Both the position numbers and the translations under genes were made by a program. A DNA stretch of 63,765 nucleotides, the filler included, from Craspedostauros australis (Eukaryota), in assembly GCA_030167865.1 (NCBI GenBank). It is 5 parts of 5 records of this genome, joined end to end, with 100 filler letters (N's around TTAATTAATTAA, not from the genome) between each part and the next. Parts side by side here need not be neighbours in the genome. Positions count along the whole stretch, not along the records: positions 42,489 to 58,892 come from JALAGF010001245.1; 4 more parts are not named here. One strand, 5' to 3'. Shown here piece after piece: positions 44,733 to 54,742 of this stretch (position 1 is the stretch's first letter; every line of letters starts with the position of its first letter). The notes under the pieces were generated by a model. It saw only the letters and a program-made list of their open reading frames with translations. It ran no database searches and was not told where the DNA came from.

Positions 44733-45980
44733 TCATGCTACGATTGTGAATGCGATGTCTTGTGGACCATGCACGGCTTGCTGCGAATATAAGAAGTCCT
44801 CCTTTGCAAGTGCCATCTCCGATCCCAACGTGAGACAGCCCATTGTCTCGGCCATGCCTTCGCTGTTTCGTGCTGTTGTTGCTGTTGCTGTTGGCAATGT
44901 AGCATCTTCGTCGGAGCAGTTGCGTTCGAGTTCTGACAAGTTGGAGGCAATGCCCAACGATCTCTTGAGTCGCTTCGATGACTGGTTGGTCTGTTTGGGC
45001 GATGGCTCGAGCGTCGTCGTGATGGAGCTTGCCGTGCTGTGGGAAAATCCATCAGGCAGCACCAAATGATTTGTAGCAAGGTGCATGTCCAGGCTCTGAA
45101 GTGTATCCCAAGCCTGCGCTGAGCATTTCCTTCTCTTCGTTGAACGTTGCAGAGTGTCTGTGACACCATCAACGTGAAAATCGCTGAAGGGAAGGACGGA
45201 TGGCCCAGAAAGAAACGCCAGCACGTTGTTGATGCCGGACGGAGAAGCGAGGTCCTGCTCCTGGTTGATGGTCTCGTTGCTACTTTTGTCGAACTTGGGT
45301 TGGGCGTTTGTGTCACACCAAGTAATCTCGGGGAAAGGCAGTGGCAAGGTTGCTTCGTCACCAGCGGAAGCTGCTTCGTTCATAGGCTCGTCACCCTCGC
45401 TTACGACGCTTTGGCGTGTTGAGCTTTCCCACGCCGTTGCATCGCTTGTTTGCACTGCGGCTGGCCGGACGAAGTCTCGTGAGCAAGAGGTGGACCCTGC
45501 CACCTTCGAGGCCGTGCTTTGCAGGTACGGCGACAGAGATGCGAACGGTATCGACGACGATGATGCTACGCCATACTTTCTTGCACCAGCACGGTTGCGG
45601 TCACTGCTGGAGGTTCTGGCTTTCCTCCTTCTCGTTCTCCGATGCAGGCGAGAATGCTTGGGTGGACCGAGCAAGTTGCAATGGAATGGGTTTCTGTTCA
45701 TCTTCGTTTTAAAGTCCACCAAGAATGCCTGCAGCTGCTGCTGTGGCGATGGCGACAATGGTGTGGACGCCTGGGCGGATGGTGGCACGGGCATTGGCAG
45801 CATGCTCGTGGTTGCAGGTCTCCGTGGATCGAACTGGCAAGCGTTCAATCGATCGAGTGCCTCGGTTGCAGCCCTTGGGCGTTTCAGGCTGCAGGCGACT
45901 TCATTCTGCTGGTGGTAAGCCAGCTTGTGTTGTTGCTGCGGTCTCCTCGCGGGCGCAGCTTTGTTTTGGTTCAGCTCCAT
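44733..45980 (-). CDS. Hypothetical low-complexity protein
   Basis: 415-aa ATG-started ORF, S/R/P-rich, with no recognisable domain. Confidence 0.5.
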   Translation of the reverse strand: MELNQNKAAPARRPQQQHKLAYHQQNEVACSLKRPRAATEALDRLNACQFDPRRPATTSMLPMPVPPSAQASTPLSPSPQQQLQAFLVDFKTKMNRNPFHCNLLGPPKHSRLHRRTRRRKARTSSSDRNRAGARKYGVASSSSIPFASLSPYLQSTASKVAGSTSCSRDFVRPAAVQTSDATAWESSTRQSVVSEGDEPMNEAASAGDEATLPLPFPEITWCDTNAQPKFDKSSNETINQEQDLASPSGINNVLAFLSGPSVLPFSDFHVDGVTDTLQRSTKRRKCSAQAWDTLQSLDMHLATNHLVLPDGFSHSTASSITTTLEPSPKQTNQSSKRLKRSLGIASNLSELERNCSDEDATLPTATATTARNSEGMAETMGCLTLGSEMALAKEDFLYSQQAVHGPQDIAFTIVA

Positions 45981-46990
45981 GATGTGCTGGATGGGCGTGT
46001 GGCGGTATTGCGGTCTACGATGGTGGATTGTGTGCTGACCTGGTTTATGTGATTTGTGTGATTTGTACTAGTATGATTTGTGTGATGAGTTGATTGCTCC
46101 GATCGCGGGTCTGCCTTTGTTGCTCCTCACGGTGGCAAGGGAACAGAACACATGGTCTCCCCTGTCCCTCTCTTCGAAAGCCCCCCGACAGGCCATCGGC
46201 GCAGACGGATTGGCGTCCTTGTTGTATCAGCATAGAACGAGCTCAAACCGTCACAATGCCGCAAGGCATGGGAAAAGAACAGATCACGGGGTAAGGAAGA
46301 GGGCGTCGACATCGCCTGTTGGGGCAGTCGCTATCAACCTCGACAGAGACCCGATCGGCTCCAACGATGCCCAAGTTCAACGTCGATCGCGAACTTGATC
46401 GATATGTGGCAAACGGAGTTCATGATCGCCACTTCGTGTCTTGGCGCGTATGGCAGCATCGCAAAGGGCATGACGTCAGCGCTTCAACATCAATAGCGCG
46501 TGGAAAGGATGATCGGAATCATTATCATTTAAACGTTGGAAGCCAGTCAAGATCTGGGGAATGGGAAACGAAGAGCTATCTGGGCCGAAGAACAACACGA
46601 CACCACTCAAAGCCGCCTTTGTCATCCCCTGATCTTTCTGCGCCGGACAAGGGTGTTTCTGCTCATATTTATGTGGATAATATCCATCTGCCGCATGTAT
46701 CAAATCCGGGAATAAACATATCGTCATTCCGGTGAAGAAGAAATGATTCAGCCGCAAAAGGTTGCTCCGTGTTTTTCTGTGTTCGGCCGTTTTGTGCGTG
46801 CAGTTGTCCACGTCCGAGACTCCCCTCTCCTGACTGAGAGAGGAACATGCGAACAAATCGAAATCCAGACACACAAAACGACAACATACGCAAGGAGAAC
46901 AGCGGAAGTGTTGTGGAAGTTGCGAGAGAGAGAGAGAGACAGAACACCGACAGAAGACAACACCACAACAAGGGAAAGCGCAACCAGCAA

Positions 46991-47030
46991 TACCGATACC
47001 GATACCGATACCGATACCGATACCGATACC
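46991..47030 (+). repeat. (GATACC)n microsatellite, about 6.5 units
   Basis: taccgataccgataccgatacc... read directly from the sequence. Confidence 0.9.
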
Positions 47031-47207
47031 AGTGGCTCGTGTATCGAGAACTTTCCCCAGGTGCTCAATGCAGCACATTCCAACAGCAATAGCAGCAGCG
47101 TGTGAGCGCACGTTCCGACACATGAGATGCTGCGATCGATAGTGTCATTGCAATCGTGCGTTTCGTGACTCGGTTGATGTTCGGAGAGGAAGGCCGGCCA
47201 ACAGCCA

Positions 47208-47830
47208 ATGCATGAGGTCAAACCAATTGTGAACATCCAGGATGATCAGGGCGATACGCTTCTCCATTTTGTATGTCAAGATGGCAGGATGCCCATCCTT
47301 CGAGATTTGGTGGGACGTGACTTAGTGGATGCAATACTGCAGAACATCGACGGCGATGCGGCATTGCATTTGCGGGCGCCGGGCGGACTCTGGTGATTGT
47401 GGAGACCGTCAGCAGAAGATGAGGCTGCTGATTGAATCGACCAACGTGAGGGTGGATATCAACATGATGAACAATGACGGACGACGCAGTGCTTCACTGT
47501 GCAGCCCAAGAGAATTGGTGGGAGCTGATCGAATACCTCATGACATTGGATGAGATTGATCCGTATGTGCGGAACAAGGCTGGTGATACGGTGCCGGGGT
47601 GTGCAATGAAGAACGGCGACGGCATAAAGATCTTGTCAATGCTTGAATCGAAGCTGGTTCGTTCTCTTTCCGCGAAAAGGGATCGGCAGAGGCACAGTTT
47701 CAACATGTCGATGGAAGCTGAGGCAAAGGTGACGAAACGGCAGCGTTCGCGAGGAAGGGGCCACGCACTCGTTGATGCGTGGCCGCAGCTTGCAACCACA
47801 ACCCCTATGTTCGAGCATGAGTTGATGTGA
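47208..47830 (+). pseudogene. Frameshifted ankyrin-repeat pseudogene
   Basis: Ankyrin fragments in three successive frames: VNIQDDQGDTLLHFVC..NIDGDAALHL / VDINMMNNDG / DAVLHCAAQENWWELIEYL..RNKAGDT. Confidence 0.65.
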
Positions 47831-48213
47831 AGGCCATGGGTGCCGAGGTTTCCAAATGAACGAATGCGTGTATGCGCTTGAATATGTAATAGTATGATAC
47901 ATCGCTCTTCACTGCTCCGCATCGAAACGATGATGGCCTTCTTGAGGAATCAAGTAGTTTATAGTATAGTTTACTCTACTACACTTGCCATACTCGCACA
48001 ATGATCTGTTATTCTGCGACTACGCTGCGAATAGTCTACGGGCGTTCTCAGTCACAGCTGAGGCGAAGCCACGATGGCCGATTTCGTGATGCGCTATTCG
48101 GACGCGCTGTTCAGAGCGAGGTGGTCATTGACGATGCGCTCCAATCCCTTGTTGTGTTCGTCTTTGGCGATATACCCATCGACACCGATTCGAGTATGGA
48201 TTGGTCCTCCTCT

Positions 48214-48831
48214 TCAGTCATCATCGTCACCGTCATCGTCATCTCCGCCCATCAAGGCTGCCTCCAACCTTGCAGCAGCCTGCTTGACAGCGTCGCCGGT
48301 CCTTTTCGGAGGAACGGCTTGTTGCTCTGCCTCTCTCAACGCCGTCACTAGACACTGTTCATCGGTTTGCAGCCGGCGTAGCGTGGACAACAGTTCCGCT
48401 TCTTTCCCACTCAACTGCTGGAAGTCGGTCGCCAACAGTTGCAGCTGGTCTTGCATCTCATCGATCACAGTGGGCGGGTCATCTGTCGTTTCAGCTGCTG
48501 CAAGGGCTTCTTCCTTGTTGTTTTTGCGATCATCGTCATGTTCATCATCGTCCGCATTATTCTTGTTGTTGGTGGTGTTGTCATCAGTATCACCGGATGT
48601 GTCAGCTTCTGGACTGGCATGTTCGTCGCTGGCTTCGTGAGCCTCCGGATTGTTGCCATCGATGTCACGAGCGGCTGAAGCTGCTACGTCGCCGCCGACA
48701 TCGTCCCCTCTGGCCGCGGGGCTGCTGCTGGCAAATGGTCGAGGCACGGATTCTCTATTGCTGCTTGCGCGTGCTCGTCTCGTTGGATTGCGTCGGATCG
48801 TGGTCACGGCATGCTTCCCTTTCCTTGCCAT
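48214..48831 (-). CDS. Hypothetical protein with a C-terminal coiled coil
   Basis: Basic N-terminus, acidic linker, heptad-rich QLQLLATDFQQLSGKEAELLSTLRRLQ, and AAARLEAALMG plus an acidic tail. Confidence 0.6.
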   Translation of the reverse strand: MARKGKHAVTTIRRNPTRRARASSNRESVPRPFASSSPAARGDDVGGDVAASAARDIDGNNPEAHEASDEHASPEADTSGDTDDNTTNNKNNADDDEHDDDRKNNKEEALAAAETTDDPPTVIDEMQDQLQLLATDFQQLSGKEAELLSTLRRLQTDEQCLVTALREAEQQAVPPKRTGDAVKQAAARLEAALMGGDDDDGDDDD

Positions 48832-49177
48832 TGTCTGATCATGCCGCGCAAGCGTCAAAATGCTTCATGCTTTGAAGGGAGGTTTCTGGATTCTGTGTCG
48901 TGTTGCGTTGTGTCGGTTGCGATCTGTGTGGTTTGTTTTGGTCAGTGAAGAAGATGTTTCTTTGGTGTTCGTCGCGTCTCTGCGATCTTCTTCGCCTTCT
49001 TCTGCGCGATCTTTGCTGGTTGGTGTTCGTTGCCGATGACGTTGCGTGATGGCGCATCACAACTCAACAGGATCTTGCCCCACAACAACAGTCCGACAGA
49101 AAGATCATCACATCCATCACAGCATCCATCACAACATCTCATGGCATCCCACCACTCTCACATTGATGATCCGAACA

Positions 49178-50545
49178 ATGGCTTCATCAAGCATGCAAGT
49201 GGAGATGAGATCACAGACAAAGACATACACTTCGCAGCGCGCGTCCGCATCCAAATCAATTGTGTTGCTGATGCTGATGCTGCTGTGTGCGTGTACGCAT
49301 CCAGGCAATAGCGGCATTCATGCTGCCATGGCATTCGAGCCACGCAGTCCAACGAACGGCAGGCATCACGCAACAACACTGAGCTCGAAAGCACAATGTT
49401 CAAGCGACGGTCCTTCTATGACGTCTAAGAGTAAGGACCGTCACAGCCCTGCTGACATCGCCAGGAACGATTACAGTTGCAGCAACAACAACAACAACAG
49501 CAACCGACGTAGGGCACTGCTGGCGATGCCTGCCGCGTTCGTGACGGCGACCGCATCATCTCTCATCGCGCCAGGTGCTGCATCGGCTGCCATCATGGAT
49601 CAAACGGGCACGCTTTCCGACCAGTCATCGAATTCAGCTTACAGCGACTTGATCACCAAGGATTCCGCAGCATCGACGTTGCCGCTCCCATCATCCGCAC
49701 CACAGCAACCGTTCGCAGACGCCACGGATGAAGTGACGGTCACGGTGTCCAAGAAGGAGCTGCGCAACAGCGGCGGTTTGGGCATCGAATTGGCGCAGGT
49801 TGAGTTCCGCACCAACATCCGCGTCTTCGTCAAATCCGTGCGCCCCGGATCCGTCGCGGCCCAACTGGGCATCCAGAAGGATTGGGTCGTCGTCAGTGTC
49901 GACGGCAACAGCGCGGAACGCACCAACTCGGAAGGCGTCGCCATCATGGTCTCGCGCGCCGTGCGCCAATCCGACGACGACGATACGCTTTCGTTACGAT
50001 TCCGCGATCCCTCCGTGTTCCGACAACGCGTGGCCAACCTGGCGTCGGACGAGCAGGTCACGACGCAGGTCGCTCCAGCCGGCGATACGACGCAGCGCAA
50101 CGCCGACGGTTCCGTCAAGATCGGGCGTCAGGTTACGTCGCAGACGGATCAGCGCCTCACGGTCTCGCAGCTCAAGCCACCCAGGATGTGCAATCGTCCC
50201 GCGGATGTGGGCGATCTGCTCGAGGTCTCCTACCTCGGGACGGTCCTCGACACGGGCGATGTCTTTGACGGATCCACAATCAAGGTCGACGGCCAGGGTG
50301 TGCCAGGTCGCGGCGGGGACATCACCCTCTTCTTCGTTCTGGGCAAGCAACCCTTCGGCCAGTTTCCGCCGGGATGGGATGTCGGCCTGCAGGGCATCTG
50401 CGTCGGGGAACGCCGGCGTCTCATCATCCCGCCGGCCTTGGCATACGGCAAGCAGGGCGCACCCAAGCGCGGCATTCCACCCGATGCCACCCTGCAGTAC
50501 GATATCACGCTCGTTTCTGTTAACGGTCTAGCAACTCCTCAGTAA
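49178..50545 (+). CDS. FKBP-type peptidyl-prolyl isomerase with a PDZ-like domain, probably thylakoid-lumenal
   Basis: GDLLEVSYLG..VFDGS, FVLG, GWDVGLQGICVGERRRLIIPPALAYG and IPPDATLQYDITL; PDZ-like GLGIEL..VFVKSVRPGSVA; signal peptide ending AMA-F, then twin-Arg NRRRALL..ASA. Start codon uncertain. Confidence 0.88.
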   Translation: MASSSMQVEMRSQTKTYTSQRASASKSIVLLMLMLLCACTHPGNSGIHAAMAFEPRSPTNGRHHATTLSSKAQCSSDGPSMTSKSKDRHSPADIARNDYSCSNNNNNSNRRRALLAMPAAFVTATASSLIAPGAASAAIMDQTGTLSDQSSNSAYSDLITKDSAASTLPLPSSAPQQPFADATDEVTVTVSKKELRNSGGLGIELAQVEFRTNIRVFVKSVRPGSVAAQLGIQKDWVVVSVDGNSAERTNSEGVAIMVSRAVRQSDDDDTLSLRFRDPSVFRQRVANLASDEQVTTQVAPAGDTTQRNADGSVKIGRQVTSQTDQRLTVSQLKPPRMCNRPADVGDLLEVSYLGTVLDTGDVFDGSTIKVDGQGVPGRGGDITLFFVLGKQPFGQFPPGWDVGLQGICVGERRRLIIPPALAYGKQGAPKRGIPPDATLQYDITLVSVNGLATPQ

Positions 50546-50877
50546 TAGCAATACTCAAGAGAGTGCTCCTCTTGCTATTGTTACATAACAGTATTACAGC
50601 ATGGTATCGTACTATACGTAATGTAGAGCACATGGCACGAGTTGGAGATTTCGATTGGAGTAGCGGAGGCTCGCGGAGTGGCGCCACATACGTTGACCAG
50701 TCCGACTCAAGTATCTAGATTGCCGCGTGCAAACTACCTCTGATCCAACAAACGAGACACCAACAAATCAGATCATCCTCCGCCAGTCCATACTCATCAG
50801 CAGTGCATCCATCCATCCATCCATCCATACTCGTTGGCATTATACCATACCATACATCCCCTCGAGGCGACAGCACC

Positions 50878-52011
50878 ATGAAGCAACCCATCTTGGTGGC
50901 CAGCGTGGAAGGCGGCGGCACATCGTTCGTGGTGGCCGTGGCGAAGCTGACGCAGAGCGAGGTTCCGCAGATCGTGGAGCGTCTGGAGGTGGATTCCAGC
51001 CACGATCAGCCCCAGAAGACGCTGCAGCAATGCGCGGCATTCTTGCGGCAGCACAAGCCCCGGGATGGCTACCAGGCCCTGGGCATTGCGTCGTTCGGCC
51101 CGGTCGGCCTCGATGCCAACAAACCGCAGACGTACGGCCGCATTCTGTCCACATCGCCCAAGGCATCATGGCGCAACGTCGATCTCCTGACGCCGCTCAG
51201 GGAGGCCTGTCAAAGCAACACCAACGATCCCATCCCCGTTCAGATCGAGACCGACGTCAATGCACCGGCCCTGGCGGAATACCGCTTGGTCTCCGACGCA
51301 CTATCCTCAGTTGCGTACATCACCGTCGGCACCGGCGTCGGCGTGGGACTGTGCATCAACGGCAGGCCGGTGCACGGCAGGATGCATCCCGAAGGTGGTC
51401 ACGTGCCCGTGCAACCCCTCACGCCACAGGACCCCTTCCCGGGATATTCGTGGGGTGACAAGTGCCCGTTCCACGGCGTGCGCACCGTCGAAGGATTGGC
51501 GTCATCTGTGGCGTTGACAGAACGCGTCGAGCAACGTGCGCACAAGAAACTGTCGCGCGACGTGCTGGCACAATTGGACGACGATGATGAGATTTGGCAG
51601 CACGCGGCCAACGCCATCGCCAATCTGTGCACCACGTTGCTTCTGATCACGTCGGTGGAGAAGATCGTCATTGGCGGCGGCATCCTCAAGCGTAACGGGC
51701 TCATCGAGAAGATTCAGGACCGCACCATTGAATTGGTCAACGGGTACTTGGATCTGCCAACGCAAAGCATGTCCGAGCTCATCACGAAGAGCTCGTACGG
51801 CGACAACGTCGGTCTCGTGGGCGCGCTGGTGCTTGCCAAGCACGCCTACGAGGAGAGGAGGATCGATACTGTGAAGGATGTCCGTGCGCAGCATGTTGCC
51901 GATGACGCGGCTGCGGTAGCTTTCAACATGGGGTTGGTGCGCGGCATTCTTGTGGGTGCGGTTGCGTCGTGTGTGGTGATGGGTGTCCTCAGCGGGCGCA
52001 GTCGGAGATAA
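50878..52011 (+). CDS. ROK-family fructokinase
   Basis: VEGGGTSF, LGIASFGP, ETDVNAPALAE, YITVGTGVGVG, HPEGGH, CPFHG..EGLAS and IVIGGG. Confidence 0.9.
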   Translation: MKQPILVASVEGGGTSFVVAVAKLTQSEVPQIVERLEVDSSHDQPQKTLQQCAAFLRQHKPRDGYQALGIASFGPVGLDANKPQTYGRILSTSPKASWRNVDLLTPLREACQSNTNDPIPVQIETDVNAPALAEYRLVSDALSSVAYITVGTGVGVGLCINGRPVHGRMHPEGGHVPVQPLTPQDPFPGYSWGDKCPFHGVRTVEGLASSVALTERVEQRAHKKLSRDVLAQLDDDDEIWQHAANAIANLCTTLLLITSVEKIVIGGGILKRNGLIEKIQDRTIELVNGYLDLPTQSMSELITKSSYGDNVGLVGALVLAKHAYEERRIDTVKDVRAQHVADDAAAVAFNMGLVRGILVGAVASCVVMGVLSGRSRR

Positions 52012-52396
52012 CAAAGGAGGACGTATGTACATATGCACGTATGCACGTGTGTATGCATGCCTGGTGCAGCTGTGGGTTCACGAAGGTATGATGGAGAAGA
52101 GCGGTACGGAACTGTACACGAGTGGTAGGGTAGCATGGAAAAGGTCAACTTTATTTACAATTTACACTTCATTTTCTACTATTATATTTCGCTTCGCATC
52201 CAGCGGCCGGCGTTTCCACAGCAGCAGTGTGTGCTTCACATTTGTATTCATATTCGCATTCACATTCACGTTGACATGGATTCCTTAACGATTCATTCGT
52301 TGGCTGGCTGCGCTGCTGCTGCAACATTTGAGGATTGGGTGGATGCCATGGGCAGAGTGGTGTCCTCTACGAATCTCTGCTGACACCCTTGTGTGT

Positions 52397-54742
52397 TCAA
52401 TTATCGTGATCGGCATTGGATGACGATGTCTCGGAGGCTTCACGCGCCATCGCAATCACCTTGTCCAACCGACTGGCATCGTACGATGACGACGAGCCGG
52501 ATGCGGACGAGGGTATCCGCGTTTCCATCAGGTAGCTTCGATCCAGAAACTCGGGTGTGGGCGATGGGCTCGCGGCACTAGCGGTATTGGCATCATCGCC
52601 GAGCGTCAACAAATCACCGGTATCCACTACCGGCGGATGATGATGATCTTCGAATCCTTGCAGCCCATCCAGGAAGGTTGGCGAGTGGCGCTTTTCCTCC
52701 GAGGTCAGTCTGCGTCGATTGGAGGTGCGCTCGGGTGTGGAGGCGCTGCTGCGCGGATCGTCCACGATGGTCATGGCGCGGTTGCTGTCTTCGTCATTGC
52801 TGCCCATGCTCGGCGTGAGCAGACGGTGAAAGCCTCTGAGCTTGTCCTGGCCGTCATCGTCGCTGGCATGGACGCCGCTGAGTGTGCTGGGAGCCCCGCC
52901 TCCGTCGACGTCGGCGCCGTCCGATCCGATGCTATCATGATCGCGCGACAATCCGTTGGACGACGCTGCCGCCAAGGTGAATGCGCGTGAACGGCTGTTT
53001 GTTTCGCGGTTGCGCAATACGTACATGCCACCCGCCAGCACGACCACCAGAAGCAGAAGCGAGACGCCGGCGATGATGGAGGTCTGCAGGGTTCCGGAAT
53101 TGCTGCCGGTTCTGCCGTTGTTTTCGGAGCTGCGCAGGTTGTTGGTGGATGGTGCATCTGGGTCATCGCCGATGTCGCCATTTTCGCGGCCGTCGTCACT
53201 ACCGTCGTTTTCGTCGGCGCTGTTAGCATTCGCACTTTCAATCTCGGTTCCGTCAATCCACACGTTGATGACATCGCCCTCAACCTTTTCTTGGTTGTTC
53301 TCCAGGTGCAGCCTGAGATCGTCTCTCCCCCAGAACGAGAAGTAGGAGATGAGCATCTGCTTGATGTCCTCAGGTGTCGGGGATGGATCGTCTGGATCTG
53401 CGGCAAAGTTAGCAAGTCCTTCCACAGTGATGCGCGTGGGTGGATTTTGCGAAGACTCCTGCAGGCGTCGATCCAAGATCTGATGCTGCGCGTCGTCGCG
53501 CACATGCGGCTTGCGGTGTGCGGTGGTTCTGGCCGAGGAGGTGCCCGTCGCGGCCGTCAATGGTTTCTTGACCGTGACCTGAAGATCGGCGGACTCGAAG
53601 TTCTTAGAAGTTGCGACGTTGGTTCGGAGAAGATCCTCGAGAAATTCGGATGTCAAGGAATCCAGCGTATTCTCTCCACTGTCGTCCTGCTCCGCCATCC
53701 GCATCTCGAAGATGATTTGCGGCAGTTCTACACTCGTGTCCTGGTCTGATACTGTTGGTAGTGCTGTTGGTGATACTGTTGGTGATGTCGTTGGTGATGC
53801 TGTTGGTAGTGCTGTTGGTGATGCTGTTGGTAGTACTGTTGGCGACGATGTTGGCGACGCTGTTGGTAGTACTGTTGGTGATGTGGTGACCGTCGTATTG
53901 CTGTCATCCTTGGTGGGAGCCGCAGTTATTGGATCCTGGGTTGGAAGGGATGTTGGTCCTGCAGTAGGAACGAACTTCGTCGGAGCAGCCGTTGGCTCAA
54001 TGGTATCCATTGGCTTCGTTGGTGCCTGCGTAACAGGTGCCTTGGTTGGATTGGATGTCGGCGAGGTGGTTGGTTGAGATGTTGGTGTGCTACTGGGCTG
54101 CGACGTTGGTTGGGACGTCGGCGAGCTGGTTGGTCGCGAACTCGGCAAGTCTGTTGGTTCTGGAGTCGGTGACCGAGTTGGGTAGGAGGTTGTCGGGAAT
54201 TCCTGAGGAGCCGTGGTTGGTCCAAACGATGGCTTCGATGTTGGTGCCCGGGTTGGCATCGTTGTCGGGCTGGTAGTTGGCCTTGAAGTCGGTGAAGTGG
54301 TTGGTCGCGGCGTGGGTTGGGAAGTTGGCGGAGTGGTCGGTCCTTCCGTTGGCTTTGGGGTTGGCACGGATGTCGGCTGTGAAGAACGCCGATTCGTGGG
54401 CACAGAAGTTGGTCTGGAAGTAGGCATAGCTGTCGGCGCCGAAGTTGGTGGGGATGTCGGTCGAGAGGTCGGCCTTGATGTCGGCGCCGAAGTTGGCCGA
54501 GAAGTGGGGACTGCAGTGGGCCCTTTGGTCGGTGACAGAGTCGGCATGGAGGTGGGTCGCTTCGTGGGCGCTGACGAGGTTGGGGTCAGGGTCGGCGTAA
54601 AGGTCGGGCTGGTTGTTTTGGCTTTCTTCTTGGCGTCCACCATGAGCAATCTGTCATTGAAGATGGCGCAGAGCAATGCCAGAACCAGCATCGTCTGTTT
54701 CCAGGATCTGGCTCGTCCAGGTTGCTGTTGGGGGCTCCTCAT
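52397..54742 (-). CDS. Type I membrane/cell-surface protein with PTxxPT mucin-like repeats
   Basis: Signal peptide, about 290 aa of PT(S/A)xPT repeats, a globular segment with DRRLQE, TM segment IIAGVSLLLLVVVLAGGMYVL, and a cytosolic tail. Confidence 0.85.
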   Translation of the reverse strand: MRSPQQQPGRARSWKQTMLVLALLCAIFNDRLLMVDAKKKAKTTSPTFTPTLTPTSSAPTKRPTSMPTLSPTKGPTAVPTSRPTSAPTSRPTSRPTSPPTSAPTAMPTSRPTSVPTNRRSSQPTSVPTPKPTEGPTTPPTSQPTPRPTTSPTSRPTTSPTTMPTRAPTSKPSFGPTTAPQEFPTTSYPTRSPTPEPTDLPSSRPTSSPTSQPTSQPSSTPTSQPTTSPTSNPTKAPVTQAPTKPMDTIEPTAAPTKFVPTAGPTSLPTQDPITAAPTKDDSNTTVTTSPTVLPTASPTSSPTVLPTASPTALPTASPTTSPTVSPTALPTVSDQDTSVELPQIIFEMRMAEQDDSGENTLDSLTSEFLEDLLRTNVATSKNFESADLQVTVKKPLTAATGTSSARTTAHRKPHVRDDAQHQILDRRLQESSQNPPTRITVEGLANFAADPDDPSPTPEDIKQMLISYFSFWGRDDLRLHLENNQEKVEGDVINVWIDGTEIESANANSADENDGSDDGRENGDIGDDPDAPSTNNLRSSENNGRTGSNSGTLQTSIIAGVSLLLLVVVLAGGMYVLRNRETNSRSRAFTLAAASSNGLSRDHDSIGSDGADVDGGGAPSTLSGVHASDDDGQDKLRGFHRLLTPSMGSNDEDSNRAMTIVDDPRSSASTPERTSNRRRLTSEEKRHSPTFLDGLQGFEDHHHPPVVDTGDLLTLGDDANTASAASPSPTPEFLDRSYLMETRIPSSASGSSSSYDASRLDKVIAMAREASETSSSNADHDN

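Noticed and set aside
23173..52011. Sugar-metabolism cluster (mutarotase plus fructokinase)
   Set aside because: The genes are on different contigs and far apart.
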